Positions 8,039 to 18,279 are shown, numbered from the stretch's first letter. The stretch: DNA of 53,302 nt from Patescibacteria group bacterium (GCA_043807255.1 JAZDGD010000010.1:1-53302), one strand, 5' to 3'. The notes: generated from the letters alone by a model not told the origin. Made by a program: numbers and translations.

Positions 8039-9916
8039 TCAAGGCCCGAAGTACGCCCTAAACGCTTCTTTGGCAACTGATGCCGATACCCCTCCAACCT
8101 CTGCGCCATTTTCAATTAACACAGTAATAACTATTTCTGGATTTTCATATGGCGCGAAACCAGTAAACCATGTATGTGCATAAGCTTTGCCTTTATAGGT
8201 TTCTGCGGTTCCAGTTTTTCCTGCAACGTGCACCGGTAAATCATTTAATGACTTAGCTGATCCGGAAATAATTGTTTCTCTCATCCCTTGTTTTACGACA
8301 TCAAAATATTTTTGTTCTGCAGGAATTTCTCTGATTAATTCTGGTTCAGAATCTAAAACTAATTGTGGTTTAAATAATTTTCCACCATTAGCAATGGCCG
8401 AAATTGCCGATGTTAATTGTAACGGACTTATGGTTGTACCGCCCTGACCAATAGAGGTATTATAAGTATCTCCAATGTACCACCTTTCTCCCGTGGTTTG
8501 TTGTTTCCAGTTTTCATCGGGCACAAGACCAGCTTTTTCTCCTGGCAAGTCAATGCCCGTTTTTTCTCCCCAACCGAACAATTGAAGATATTTTTTAATT
8601 CTTTCTATGCCCAATCCCTGTTGATCGCCATATCCTCCGCCAATCGTATAAAAATATACATCACAGGATTCAGCAATTGCTTTAATTAGGTTCACTGTGC
8701 CGTGTGTGTCCCAATCTTTATATGTCCAATAGACATTTCCTGAGCTATCATAAAGATTAATATATCCAGGACAATTTAATGTTTTTTCGGGAGTAATTAT
8801 TTTTTCTTGAAGCGCGGCGATTGCTAACATTGGTTTAATTGTTGAACCGGATGGGTAGCCACCAGAAATAGCTCGATTAATCAAAGGATAATCTTTATTT
8901 TGAAATAATTTATTAATATAATCAGAATCTCCTTTTATAAATTCATTATTGTCAAAACTGGGAAAATTAACCATTGCCAATATTTTTCCATTTCGTGGGT
9001 CCATTGCTACTGCCGATGCACGCGACGTAGACATAGTACTTAATTTTTCTTTTAGGGAGTTATAAAGAGTTGTTTGTAGTTTCGCATCGATGGACAAAAT
9101 TAAATCTTCTCCGGAAACTGAATTTTTTGTTGCAAGAATCTTTTGTGTTTTACCTAAATTATCTATTTCTGTTAATTCTTCTCCGCGGGTTCCTTTGACT
9201 GTGTTTTCGTAAATTTGTTCTAATCCGGTTCTGCCAATATAGTCATCTAAAAGATAATTATTATCATTAACCTCGTCTCGGGTTACTTTTCCTAAATATC
9301 CGAGAATGTGTGAGAAAACTATACCATTTTCATATTGCCTCCGGTTATTTTTTTGTATTTTAATTTCGGGAACATTAGAAAATTCTGACTCCAAAAGAAT
9401 TGCTTGATCTTTATTAATGTCTTCAATAATTATAATTGGATAAGCATAATCACTATTTTTTTCTAATTTTTCAGTTATCGTTTCTTCTGGGATTGTTAGG
9501 ATTTCAGATATTCTTTTAATAATTTCTTTTGAATTAAGATTTTTTGTAAAATCAACAGGAATAATTGTAAGATCTAATTTTGGCACATTAATTGCCAAGG
9601 GTGTTTTGTTGCGATCATAAATTATTCCCCTTAACGATTCAATGGGATATGAACGAATTCTGTTGTTTTCGGCTAAACTTTTCCAATAATTTCCCTTAAT
9701 GATTTGTAAATCAAATGCCTTAAAAAACAAAACAATCAAAACCATAGTTACAAAAAACAAAAAAAACCTCAAAACATTCTCTTTGATTGGTTTTTCTAAT
9801 TTTTCTTTTTCACTTTCAGGAGATTCTTTAAGCCGTCTGGAGTCCATTAAGATTTCTTCCGTGTCAATGTCTTGAAATTTGTGTTTGATCTTATATTTAT
9901 TTGATTTTATCCACAT
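8039..9916 (-). CDS. mrdA: Penicillin-binding protein 2 (class B transpeptidase)
   Basis: N-terminal TM and dimerisation domain, SxxK (SGSTIKP) and KTG (KTGTAE). It lies directly downstream of mreBCD. Confidence 0.82.
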   Translation of the reverse strand: MWIKSNKYKIKHKFQDIDTEEILMDSRRLKESPESEKEKLEKPIKENVLRFFLFFVTMVLIVLFFKAFDLQIIKGNYWKSLAENNRIRSYPIESLRGIIYDRNKTPLAINVPKLDLTIIPVDFTKNLNSKEIIKRISEILTIPEETITEKLEKNSDYAYPIIIIEDINKDQAILLESEFSNVPEIKIQKNNRRQYENGIVFSHILGYLGKVTRDEVNDNNYLLDDYIGRTGLEQIYENTVKGTRGEELTEIDNLGKTQKILATKNSVSGEDLILSIDAKLQTTLYNSLKEKLSTMSTSRASAVAMDPRNGKILAMVNFPSFDNNEFIKGDSDYINKLFQNKDYPLINRAISGGYPSGSTIKPMLAIAALQEKIITPEKTLNCPGYINLYDSSGNVYWTYKDWDTHGTVNLIKAIAESCDVYFYTIGGGYGDQQGLGIERIKKYLQLFGWGEKTGIDLPGEKAGLVPDENWKQQTTGERWYIGDTYNTSIGQGGTTISPLQLTSAISAIANGGKLFKPQLVLDSEPELIREIPAEQKYFDVVKQGMRETIISGSAKSLNDLPVHVAGKTGTAETYKGKAYAHTWFTGFAPYENPEIVITVLIENGAEVGGVSASVAKEAFRAYFGP

Positions 9917-10394
9917 ACTCTATTTTGTTTGTATACCACTTAATTAAATAAAATATTGGCAAAGAAAGAATTAATCCGTAGATGATTTTTGTAACAGATC
10001 CCAGCCAATAAAAATTAAATCCTAAGCGAAATAATTTTGAAAAAATAATTAATAAAATTTCGTTAAAAATCAAGGAAATTGTAAAAATTAAAATTAATGA
10101 TAATTTATTTTCTTTTTTTAAATATCTTTGGTTAAGAAATTCGGCCAGAATACAGACAAAAAGCATGATCAATGTGGATACTCCCAGAATATTGTTTAAA
10201 GAATAGAAATCAAGAAACAATCCAGCAACAATTATCCAAATTAAATTTTGTTTCCATCCCTTCAAAATTGTTAGAGCAATAAGAACCAATAAAATAAGAT
10301 TGGGATAATTGTTTACAATTTTAAAATTTGGCAAGATGCCAATTTGTAGAAACAATAACGCGACAACAAACAAAACAATAACAATATATTTCAT
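9897..10394 (-). CDS. mreD: Rod shape-determining protein MreD
   Basis: Small multi-TM protein immediately after mreC, overlapping both neighbours. Confidence 0.7.
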   Translation of the reverse strand: MKYIVIVLFVVALLFLQIGILPNFKIVNNYPNLILLVLIALTILKGWKQNLIWIIVAGLFLDFYSLNNILGVSTLIMLFVCILAEFLNQRYLKKENKLSLILIFTISLIFNEILLIIFSKLFRLGFNFYWLGSVTKIIYGLILSLPIFYLIKWYTNKIEYVDKIK

Positions 10395-11173
10395 TTAATA
10401 ATAATTACGTTTTCTAATTTAGAAAAATTAATTGCCGGAGAAATTATAATTTTTTGAAAAATTTGATTATCGGACGGATCGATACTTTCAATTGTGCCGA
10501 CAATGATCCCCCTGGGATATAAATTATCCATGCCAGAAGTAATTATTTTTTCGTTTATTTCAATCTTCTCTGTGTTGGGGATAAAGTCCATAAATAATCC
10601 CCCCTTATCACTTCTCTTTACCAGGCCTTCGATGCGACTACTTTCAAGCATTGCCGAAACCGTAGAATCCTTATGAGATATAAGCATTATCTTGGAAAAC
10701 CCCTCCAGAACCTCAGTGATTCGACCCACAAGAGCTTTTTCTGGTGAAATGGCCATCATCCCCTCTTTAATGCCATTGTTGCTTCCCCTGTTGATTAAAA
10801 TCCAATCTTGAATTCCTTGAATGTCCTTACTTACGATTGAAGCCACTTCCTCTATTGAGTATTCTTTTTTGTCTATTTTAAGCGCTTCTCTTAAAAAATC
10901 ATTTTCTTTTTTTATTTCTTTAAACTGCACAATCTCTGACTCGAGCGTTAAGTTTTTTTGCTTAAATTCAATATTTTCTTTATTCAAATCGCTAATAGAT
11001 GCTAATACTTGAAAGAAATTGGCGAATCCCTTACCAATATTTGAAAACAGTTTTTGAATTGGTGAAAATATTTTATAAACAAAATTCCCAAGTCCTTTAT
11101 TGAGACCAGGGATTAAATTTATTGTTACCAAAACAATCGCCAAGATTAAAAATATTAAAAATGTTTTTTTCAT
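10391..11173 (-). CDS. mreC: Rod shape-determining protein MreC
   Basis: N-terminal TM, coiled coil, then a beta-rich domain, between mreB and mreD. ATG 11173 lies 2 nt after the mreB stop; the ORF-track start at 11200 is GTG. Confidence 0.8.
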   Translation of the reverse strand: MKKTFLIFLILAIVLVTINLIPGLNKGLGNFVYKIFSPIQKLFSNIGKGFANFFQVLASISDLNKENIEFKQKNLTLESEIVQFKEIKKENDFLREALKIDKKEYSIEEVASIVSKDIQGIQDWILINRGSNNGIKEGMMAISPEKALVGRITEVLEGFSKIMLISHKDSTVSAMLESSRIEGLVKRSDKGGLFMDFIPNTEKIEINEKIITSGMDNLYPRGIIVGTIESIDPSDNQIFQKIIISPAINFSKLENVIIIK

Positions 11174-11174
11174 T

Positions 11175-12227
11175 TTATTTTGGCACTTCGCCGTAATCAC
11201 TTTCCACTAAAACATCTCTTAATTTATCTAAATCCTCTAAAATAATACCTGCACCACGAGCAACCGCAGTTAGTGGATCGTCGATAATTTTAACCGGCAT
11301 TTTTGTCTCTTCGTGAATTAATTTATCTAATCCGCGAAGCAAACTTCCGCCTCCGGCCAAAACAATTCCTCGAGTCATTAAATCAGAAATTAATTCCGGC
11401 GGAGTTTGTTCGATTGTTTCCTTGATTGCCGTAACGATTGCTTCGTTTGATGCATACAATGCTTCTCTGACTTGATCACTATTAACAATAACTTCTTTTG
11501 GCAGGCCGGTCGATAAATCCCTTCCTCTTACTGGCGCTTCTAATATTTCATCTAATTCATAGGCCGAACCAATGGTGATTTTAAGATCTTCGGCAGTTTT
11601 TTCTCCTAAAACAATTTTTAATTCATCGTGTGCATAATTGATAATGTCTTGATTCAATTTATCGCCAGCGATTTTTAGGGTTTGACTCGCGACAATTCCA
11701 CCCAAAGAAATAACTGCAATGTCGGTTGTTCCTCCGCCAACATCAACAATCATATTCCCCACGGCCTCTTGTACCGGCAATCTTGCGCCAATGGCAGCCG
11801 CCATTGCCTCTTCAACCAAATAAACTTCTCTTGCACCGGCGCTTAATGCCGCATCTTTAACTGCTTTTTTTTCTACTTCTGTAATTCCAGATGGAATGCC
11901 AATAATAATTCTTGGTCGAGGAAACAAACTAAAACTATCTTTATGAATTTTATGAATGAAGTAGCGAAGCATTTGTTCGGTTACCTCAAAGTCAGAAATG
12001 ACACCTTCGCGCAATGGTCGAGTTGCAGAAATATGTGCTGGCGTTCTGCCAACCATTCTCTTCGCTTCGACTCCAATTGCTAAAACTTGTCCAGTTTTTT
12101 GATTAATCGCAACGACTGATGGTTCATTAATAATAATTCCTTTTCCCTTAACATAAACAAGGGTAGTTGCGGTACCTAAATCAATTCCTACGTCTTTAGA
12201 AAATTTTCCCAGTATTTTATTAAACAT
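11175..12227 (-). CDS. mreB: Actin-like rod shape protein MreB
   Basis: GIDLGTATTLVY, DVGGGTTDIAVISLGG and LAGGGSLLRGLD. Confidence 0.95.
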   Translation of the reverse strand: MFNKILGKFSKDVGIDLGTATTLVYVKGKGIIINEPSVVAINQKTGQVLAIGVEAKRMVGRTPAHISATRPLREGVISDFEVTEQMLRYFIHKIHKDSFSLFPRPRIIIGIPSGITEVEKKAVKDAALSAGAREVYLVEEAMAAAIGARLPVQEAVGNMIVDVGGGTTDIAVISLGGIVASQTLKIAGDKLNQDIINYAHDELKIVLGEKTAEDLKITIGSAYELDEILEAPVRGRDLSTGLPKEVIVNSDQVREALYASNEAIVTAIKETIEQTPPELISDLMTRGIVLAGGGSLLRGLDKLIHEETKMPVKIIDDPLTAVARGAGIILEDLDKLRDVLVESDYGEVPK

Positions 12228-12228
12228 G

Positions 12229-13638
12229 TTAATATGACTTAGCGAATAATACTTCGAATTTCCCCTCCTTGTTACATTTTACACATTTACCCTTTTTATT
12301 TTTTTGATCGAAAGGAATACATCTAATTGTAGCTTTTGTTTGTTCTTGAATTTCTTTTTCGCATTTTGGATCACCGCACCAGTGAGTCTTAATAAGGCCA
12401 CCCTTTTCCTCTAAAACTTTTTTGAATTCGTCATAAGTTTTAACTTCGTAAGTATTTTCAATCGTAAACTTTTTAGATGTTTCGTATAGTCTTTTTTGCA
12501 TTTCCTCTAAAAGTTTTTCGGGCTTGAATTGCTTTAAACCAACGCTCTCTTTTTTTAGAACGTCTCTTAAAACATAAGTAATTTTGTTCTCTTTAGCTTC
12601 TCTTAATCCAATTTCGATTCTTAGTGGTGCGCCTTTCAATTCCCATTCATGAAATTTCCATCCCGGACTTTGTTGTTCGTTTTTGTCGGTATAGAAATAA
12701 TACATTTTTCTATCAATTAAATATTTTTCAATTTTTTTAACGTATTTTAATACTTTATCGTCAAAAGAAATTGGAATAATTACTATCGGATATTGAGCTA
12801 ATTTTGGTGGCAATACCAATCCTTTGTCGTCACCGTGACTCATAATTATTCCACCAATCATCCTCGTGCTAACACCCCAAGATGTTTGCCAGACATATTT
12901 TTTTTCACTCTTTTCGTCTAAAAACTGGATATTAAATGATTTAGCAAATCCTTGGCCTAATTGGTGAGAAGTCCCCATCTGTAAGGCTTTTCCATCTTTC
13001 ATTAATGCTTCGAAAGTAAGTGTATATTTTGCTCCTGGAAACTTTTCGGCATCGGTTTTTTTGCCCGGGACACAATAAATTCCTAAATATTCTTTTGCAA
13101 AATCATTATACATATTTAATGCTTCCATTGCCATTGCGTCTGCCTCTTTTTCAGTAGCGTGTGCAGTATGTCCTTCTTGCCATAAAAATTCCATTGTTCT
13201 CAAAAATAATCTAGTTCTCATTTCCCATCTTACAATATTTGCCCATTGATTTATTTTGAATGGCAAATCACGATGAGAATGAATCCAATTAGAAAATGAA
13301 TCATACATTATTGTTTCAGAGGTTGGTCGAATTGCAAGTTTTTCTTCTAATTTTTTACCTCCGCCGTGGGTAACCCAGGCAACTTGAGGATTAAATCCTT
13401 CAACATGTTCTGCTTCTTTTTTGAAAAATCTTTCAGGAATAAATAAAGGAAAATAGACATTATCTACGCCCATATTTTTAATCTTAATGTCCATCATTTT
13501 TTGGATATTTTCCCAAATAGCATAGCCATAGGGTCGAATAATCATACACCCTTTAATTGGTGCATAATCTGCTAGTTTTGCTTGTAAAATTACTTCATTA
13601 TACCATTTTGAAAAATCGTCCGATTGTTTTGTTAACAT
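12229..13638 (-). CDS. proS: Prolyl-tRNA synthetase, archaeal/eukaryote-like type with C-terminal zinc domain
   Basis: N-terminal FSKWYNEV...ADY...KGCMIIRPYGYAIWE, no bacterial INS editing domain, a Cys-rich C-terminal domain, and a ...AKSY terminus. Confidence 0.9.
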   Translation of the reverse strand: MLTKQSDDFSKWYNEVILQAKLADYAPIKGCMIIRPYGYAIWENIQKMMDIKIKNMGVDNVYFPLFIPERFFKKEAEHVEGFNPQVAWVTHGGGKKLEEKLAIRPTSETIMYDSFSNWIHSHRDLPFKINQWANIVRWEMRTRLFLRTMEFLWQEGHTAHATEKEADAMAMEALNMYNDFAKEYLGIYCVPGKKTDAEKFPGAKYTLTFEALMKDGKALQMGTSHQLGQGFAKSFNIQFLDEKSEKKYVWQTSWGVSTRMIGGIIMSHGDDKGLVLPPKLAQYPIVIIPISFDDKVLKYVKKIEKYLIDRKMYYFYTDKNEQQSPGWKFHEWELKGAPLRIEIGLREAKENKITYVLRDVLKKESVGLKQFKPEKLLEEMQKRLYETSKKFTIENTYEVKTYDEFKKVLEEKGGLIKTHWCGDPKCEKEIQEQTKATIRCIPFDQKNKKGKCVKCNKEGKFEVLFAKSY

Positions 13639-13642
13639 AAAT

Positions 13643-14731
13643 TTAAAATAATTTAATTACATCTCGCAAGGTTACAATGACCATTAAACCGATTAAAATT
13701 GCAAAACCAAGCGTATGTGCAATTCTTTCGGTTTTAACCCTTACTGGTTTGCCTTTAATTTTTTCGATCAACAAGAACAATAATCTCCCACCATCTAATG
13801 CTGGAAATGGCAAAATGTTTATGATTGCTAAATTAATCGATAGAATTGCTGCAAATTGTAAAACATAAACCCAACCCAATTGTACTACCTGCGAAGTTAA
13901 AACAGCGATACCAATTGGTCCAGCCACATCTCCGATCATTTTTCCTTGAAATAATAGGGTTTTAATTAACAACCAAAACATTGTGACCATGGTTACGGCC
14001 AACTTTCCAGTCGCTTCAAGTCCCTTCCAAATTGCCACATACCAAGGATATGAAATGGTTCCAGTTTTAGACATTGCAATGCCCAATGCTCCCTCTTCTT
14101 TTGGTGGATCAACTCGCGGGGTTAAATTTTTTTCTAATATTTCGTTTCCCCTATTGATTGTCATGGTGATTTCTTCTCCGACATGAAACGCAATAAATTT
14201 CTGAACATCCTCTATTTCGTTGATTTTTAATTTTTCATTTTTAATTTTTAATTCCAGTATGGTGTCCCCTACTTTAATGCCCGCATTTTCAGCTGGAGAA
14301 TTTTTGGCAGTTTCGACTATTTGTATTTGAACGTTTCGATAATTTGCTTCCTGTCCTTGTTCAACAAATGTTGGCACGCCGAGCATATGTACGATTGAAA
14401 GTAAAACTACGGCTAAAACTAAATTCATTACCACGCCCATAACTAAAATAATTGCTCTTTGCCAAATCGGTTTATTGTAGAATGCGAATTTGGAATCCGA
14501 ACGCTTATCGTCCTGTTCCTCGCCAAAGATTTTTACAAACCCTCCCAATGGAACAGCATTTATGGAATAGGTCGTATCACCTTTTTTAAAACCAAAAATT
14601 CTTGGCGGAAAACCAAAACCAAATTCTTCAACTCTAACTCCCGCTTTTTTTGCACTAATAAAATGTCCCAATTCATGGGCAAATATTAGCACCCCTAATA
14701 TTAATAAAAAAACGATAATAGTAAGAATCAT
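13643..14731 (-). CDS. rseP: Site-2 protease RseP (M50 zinc metalloprotease)
   Basis: HELGHF, a central PDZ-like segment, and NILPFPALDGG. Confidence 0.9.
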   Translation of the reverse strand: MILTIIVFLLILGVLIFAHELGHFISAKKAGVRVEEFGFGFPPRIFGFKKGDTTYSINAVPLGGFVKIFGEEQDDKRSDSKFAFYNKPIWQRAIILVMGVVMNLVLAVVLLSIVHMLGVPTFVEQGQEANYRNVQIQIVETAKNSPAENAGIKVGDTILELKIKNEKLKINEIEDVQKFIAFHVGEEITMTINRGNEILEKNLTPRVDPPKEEGALGIAMSKTGTISYPWYVAIWKGLEATGKLAVTMVTMFWLLIKTLLFQGKMIGDVAGPIGIAVLTSQVVQLGWVYVLQFAAILSINLAIINILPFPALDGGRLLFLLIEKIKGKPVRVKTERIAHTLGFAILIGLMVIVTLRDVIKLF

Positions 14732-14735
14732 AAAT

Positions 14736-15293
14736 TTATACTGTCATGATATCGGTTTCTTTGGCTTTTTTAAGATCGTCAATTTTTTTGTTGTAATCGT
14801 CAACTAATTTTTGTAAATCATCCTTAGCGCGGAATTTATCATCTTCTCTCATCTCCCCTTTCTTCTCCATTTCCTGAATTTCTTTCCAAATTTTTTCTCG
14901 ATGCAAGCGCATAGAAATTTTTGATTCTTCGGTTTTATCGGCAACAATTTTTACATATTCTTTTCTTTGTTCTTCGTTTAAAGAAGGGATATTAATCCTG
15001 ATAATGTCGCCATCAACAATTGGACTAAATGGTGATTTATTTCTTACCCCTTTTTCAATCTCAGCCATTACTGACTTGTCCCAGGGCTGAATTGTAATTA
15101 ATTGTGGTTGTGGCGCACTGATTGCCGCCAATTGTTTCAAAAGGAATTTTTGGTTGTTGTAACATTCAATTTCGATATCTTCAACCATTGCTGAATTTGC
15201 GCGACTGGTTTTAACCCTAGCTAATTCTGCTTTTAAAAACGCTAAAGTTTTTTCGAATTCTTGTTTTAAATTGTCTAATAATTGTTTATACAT
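14736..15293 (-). CDS. frr: Ribosome recycling factor
   Basis: 185 aa with the typical RRF layout (RVKTSRANSAMVEDI..., IPSLNEEQRKEYVK). Confidence 0.92.
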   Translation of the reverse strand: MYKQLLDNLKQEFEKTLAFLKAELARVKTSRANSAMVEDIEIECYNNQKFLLKQLAAISAPQPQLITIQPWDKSVMAEIEKGVRNKSPFSPIVDGDIIRINIPSLNEEQRKEYVKIVADKTEESKISMRLHREKIWKEIQEMEKKGEMREDDKFRAKDDLQKLVDDYNKKIDDLKKAKETDIMTV

Positions 15294-16018
15294 AAGATTA
15301 AATTTTCCAAGGCCAATCTCTGATTTACGTTCGTGCCAGAAATTAGGTCTTTAGTTTTTTGTATTTCTTTGAGAATTTTTACTAAATTCTCAGGCGATCC
15401 CGCATCGCGGGATTTAGCCTCAATTAATTTTTCTCGAAACCAGAATAACCAAGAGTTAAGAATGGGAAAGATTTCTGAATTATTTTCCCTGCCCTCCTTG
15501 TTTTCTTTGGCAATTTTTTCGATATATTTAAAAATATCGTTTAATGGTTTATTTAGTATATTAATATGTTCTTCGATGATGAAATCTTTGGCAATTTTAT
15601 TTAAGGATCCGGATTTAAATCTAATTTCTTGTAATCGAGAAAGGATTGTTTTAGACAATAAATCAGGATTAGATGTGATTAAAATTAAGATCGTATTTCC
15701 CAATGGCTCTTCAAGGGTTTTCAAGAGCGCATTTGACGCTTCGCTGTTCATCGTTTCGGCTCCATCGATAATCACAAATTTATAGAAACTATTATACGGT
15801 GATAAATTAAGGTGTTTTTTAACGTCCTTAATTTGGTCAATGGAAGTTTCCTTTTTCCCTTCCCTGGGGACAATATAAAGAATGTCAAATTTGTCAGTTT
15901 TTAAAAAATCAGCGAATTCAAGTGCAGTATTTTTCATTTCCTGACTTGTTCCATTGTAAAACAAATACGCATGAGCTAATTTTCCATTTTTAGCCGCATT
16001 TTTCAAAAACTCTAACAT
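15275..16018 (-). CDS. holB: DNA polymerase III delta' subunit (clamp loader)
   Basis: LAHAYLFYNG, AETMNSEASNALLKTLEEP and SRLQ sensor region, in a short 247-aa form. Confidence 0.75.
   Translation of the reverse strand: MLEFLKNAAKNGKLAHAYLFYNGTSQEMKNTALEFADFLKTDKFDILYIVPREGKKETSIDQIKDVKKHLNLSPYNSFYKFVIIDGAETMNSEASNALLKTLEEPLGNTILILITSNPDLLSKTILSRLQEIRFKSGSLNKIAKDFIIEEHINILNKPLNDIFKYIEKIAKENKEGRENNSEIFPILNSWLFWFREKLIEAKSRDAGSPENLVKILKEIQKTKDLISGTNVNQRLALENLILCINNY
15397..15413. repeat. GC hairpin ATCCCGC-ATC-GCGGGAT inside holB
   Basis: Perfect 7-bp stem encoding part of SRDAGSP. Confidence 0.85.
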
Positions 16019-16036
16019 GTATTTATGTTATCACAA

Positions 16037-17143
16037 TTAATGCTTGTCCGCAAATTGATCTATAAATTCCAAAATTTCTTTTTTGAAGCGGTCTTCGGAA
16101 AATTGTTGAGCGTGACGAGAAATAAATTGCGAGTCGTAATTTTTGAGGTTTAAGCGCAATCTGCGAATTCCATCTGCTAAAATTGCTGAATTTTGATAAT
16201 CAAAAAATTCTCCAGTTTTTCCCTCAATGACTGTTTCCAATGCTCCGCCTTTTCGATATGCCAAGACCGGCTTGCCACAACTCATTGCTTCAACTGGCGC
16301 AATTCCAAAATCATCATCTGACGGAAAAACAAATGCCGTACAATCTTGATAATATTTTTTCACAACTTCGTTTGATTGAAATCCCAGAAATTTAACATTT
16401 TTCCCATGCCTACCCATGCCTACCGGCAGGCAGGCGGCAGGCAGGTTGGCAATTCTTTGCAAATTTTCTTTTTCTGGTCCGTCCCCTATTATTACTAAAT
16501 CGAGTCCCAATTTATTAAACGCTTCAACCGCCAAATCAATCCGCTTGTATTTTTGTAATCGCGACACAATCAGATAGAATTCTGAATTTTGCTTGTCCTC
16601 CGAAGCCTTGGCGTAGGAGGAGATTTGAACGGGCGGGTATATTACTACCGACTCTCTTTTATAGTATTTTTTAATTCTATTTTGTACCGCTCTCGAACAT
16701 GCGATGAATTTATCCACCCGTTCCGATGCTTGCCTGTCCCACATTCTGAAATAATGTAACAAAATATTTTTTCTTGATTTGTCCCACAAATAACGCGTAG
16801 GACTAAAACAATACGAAATATGAATTGTTTTTGGTCGAGTAATAATTCCTTTTACAAATGAATGACTTGCCGAAATCACAATATCATAATCTCTTAAATC
16901 GATAGTTTCGGCGGCAATTGGTAAAAATGGTAGCAATAATTGATATCTTTTTCTAATAAACAATGGCAATCGCTGTAAAAAAGAAGTGTTCATTCTGTGA
17001 ATCGGAAACAGTTCTTTCTTTATTTTTGGGTCATAAAAAAGAGTATACAACTCGGCGTCAGGAAAAATATCAGACAATGTTTTAAATGTCTTCTCTGCTC
17101 CGCCATAATTCACTAAATAATCGTTTATAATTGCAATTTTCAT
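16037..17143 (-). CDS. Glycosyltransferase family 4
   Basis: GT-B fold C-terminal signature FPSDDDFGIAPVEAMSCGKPVLAYRKGGALETV. ATG 17143 forms an ATGA overlap with the upstream GT4. Confidence 0.85.
   Translation of the reverse strand: MKIAIINDYLVNYGGAEKTFKTLSDIFPDAELYTLFYDPKIKKELFPIHRMNTSFLQRLPLFIRKRYQLLLPFLPIAAETIDLRDYDIVISASHSFVKGIITRPKTIHISYCFSPTRYLWDKSRKNILLHYFRMWDRQASERVDKFIACSRAVQNRIKKYYKRESVVIYPPVQISSYAKASEDKQNSEFYLIVSRLQKYKRIDLAVEAFNKLGLDLVIIGDGPEKENLQRIANLPAACLPVGMGRHGKNVKFLGFQSNEVVKKYYQDCTAFVFPSDDDFGIAPVEAMSCGKPVLAYRKGGALETVIEGKTGEFFDYQNSAILADGIRRLRLNLKNYDSQFISRHAQQFSEDRFKKEILEFIDQFADKH
16403..16447. repeat. GC-rich low-complexity/imperfect palindrome inside the GT4 gene
   Basis: CCATGCCTAC x2 followed by GGCAGGCAGGCGGCAGGCAGG, encoding NLPAACLPVGMGRHG. 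Confidence 0.8.
16596..16621. repeat. GC hairpin TCCTCC...GGAGGA inside the GT4 gene
   Basis: 6-bp outer stem with an imperfect inner GCC/GGC stem, encoding SSYAKASEDK in a linker. Confidence 0.65.
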
Positions 17144-18279
17144 TTTAAAATTACATCTAATGTTTCTTTGGCGCATTTGGGCCAGGAGAAACGTTGAATA
17201 TTTTCATATCCCCTTTTAACTAATTCGTCGCTAAATGTTTGATTGCGAATAATTTGATGAATCCCCTCGGCAATTTCCGATGGTTTATATGGATTAACCA
17301 AAACCGCACTTGGCTCCTTTTGTGACGGATTAAAAACAATTTCCGGCATACTGGAGATACTTGAACAAACAACCGGTGTGCCAACTTTTTGTGCCTCTAA
17401 AATTGGAAGTCCGAATCCTTCATAAAAAGATGGATAAACAAAAACATCGGCATTCTTTAATAAATTCCATTTTTTCTCATCACTAACATACCCGGTGCAA
17501 ATTATTTCATTTTTTAAATCATTGGGAATTTTATATCCAGTATTTGGTCCAACTAAAATTAATTTATGTGGTATTTTATGATCGTTTTTTAAAATCCTGA
17601 GCGCTTTAATTAGGCCATTAATGTTTTTTCTTTTATCTTGTCTGCCAATATAAATTAGGTACGGGCCAAAATGATTTGTTTGGACCGCGTCAAACGCGGC
17701 CTGCGTCGCGTCAAACGCGACTTCGGGGTTCCCAACTCCGTGATACACAACAAAGATTTTGCCTGCCCCGACTTTTTTAAAAACATCGGGGTAATACCTT
17801 AATAAGTCTTGTTTTGTTGACTTTGATGGCACGATAATTCTATTTGCTCTTTTTGTATTTCTTTTCGTAATCCATCTTAAGAATTTTCTTTTTAAAAATG
17901 AATACATTTTAGGCAATTTCTCAAATTCTAATCCTTGAATTGTAACAATCAATTTTGTTTTTTTAGGCAAAAACGGATGTAAATGTGCTGGCGTAAATAA
18001 AATATCGTATTTATTTTTATGCACTTCCCAACTCAATCGAATAATTGTCCAAAACTTTTTAAATGGCCAATTCAGTTGTTTTAAAATGTATCTTTTATTG
18101 TCCGTCTTCGATCCTTCGGCGATTTCTTTTAAAACCGACGTAATTTGCGGAGTTAATATAAAAAATTGATGATTTTCAAAACCATCAACCGACGAGAGAT
18201 TCCAGAGTAAATGATAAATATATTCTTCAACTCCGGTTCTTTTTTCGAGAGGAATATTTACAGAAATTGCTATACGCAT
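17140..18279 (-). CDS. Glycosyltransferase family 4
   Basis: YPSFYEGFGLPILEAQKVGTPVVCS signature on a GT-B fold. Confidence 0.85.
   Translation of the reverse strand: MRIAISVNIPLEKRTGVEEYIYHLLWNLSSVDGFENHQFFILTPQITSVLKEIAEGSKTDNKRYILKQLNWPFKKFWTIIRLSWEVHKNKYDILFTPAHLHPFLPKKTKLIVTIQGLEFEKLPKMYSFLKRKFLRWITKRNTKRANRIIVPSKSTKQDLLRYYPDVFKKVGAGKIFVVYHGVGNPEVAFDATQAAFDAVQTNHFGPYLIYIGRQDKRKNINGLIKALRILKNDHKIPHKLILVGPNTGYKIPNDLKNEIICTGYVSDEKKWNLLKNADVFVYPSFYEGFGLPILEAQKVGTPVVCSSISSMPEIVFNPSQKEPSAVLVNPYKPSEIAEGIHQIIRNQTFSDELVKRGYENIQRFSWPKCAKETLDVILK
17685..17721. repeat. Tandem GC hairpins CCGCGT-CAA-ACGCGG and GTCGCGT-CAA-ACGCGAC inside the GT4 gene
   Basis: Two perfect hairpins 5 nt apart, each encoding AFDA (protein VAFDATQAAFDAVQ). 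Confidence 0.9.
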
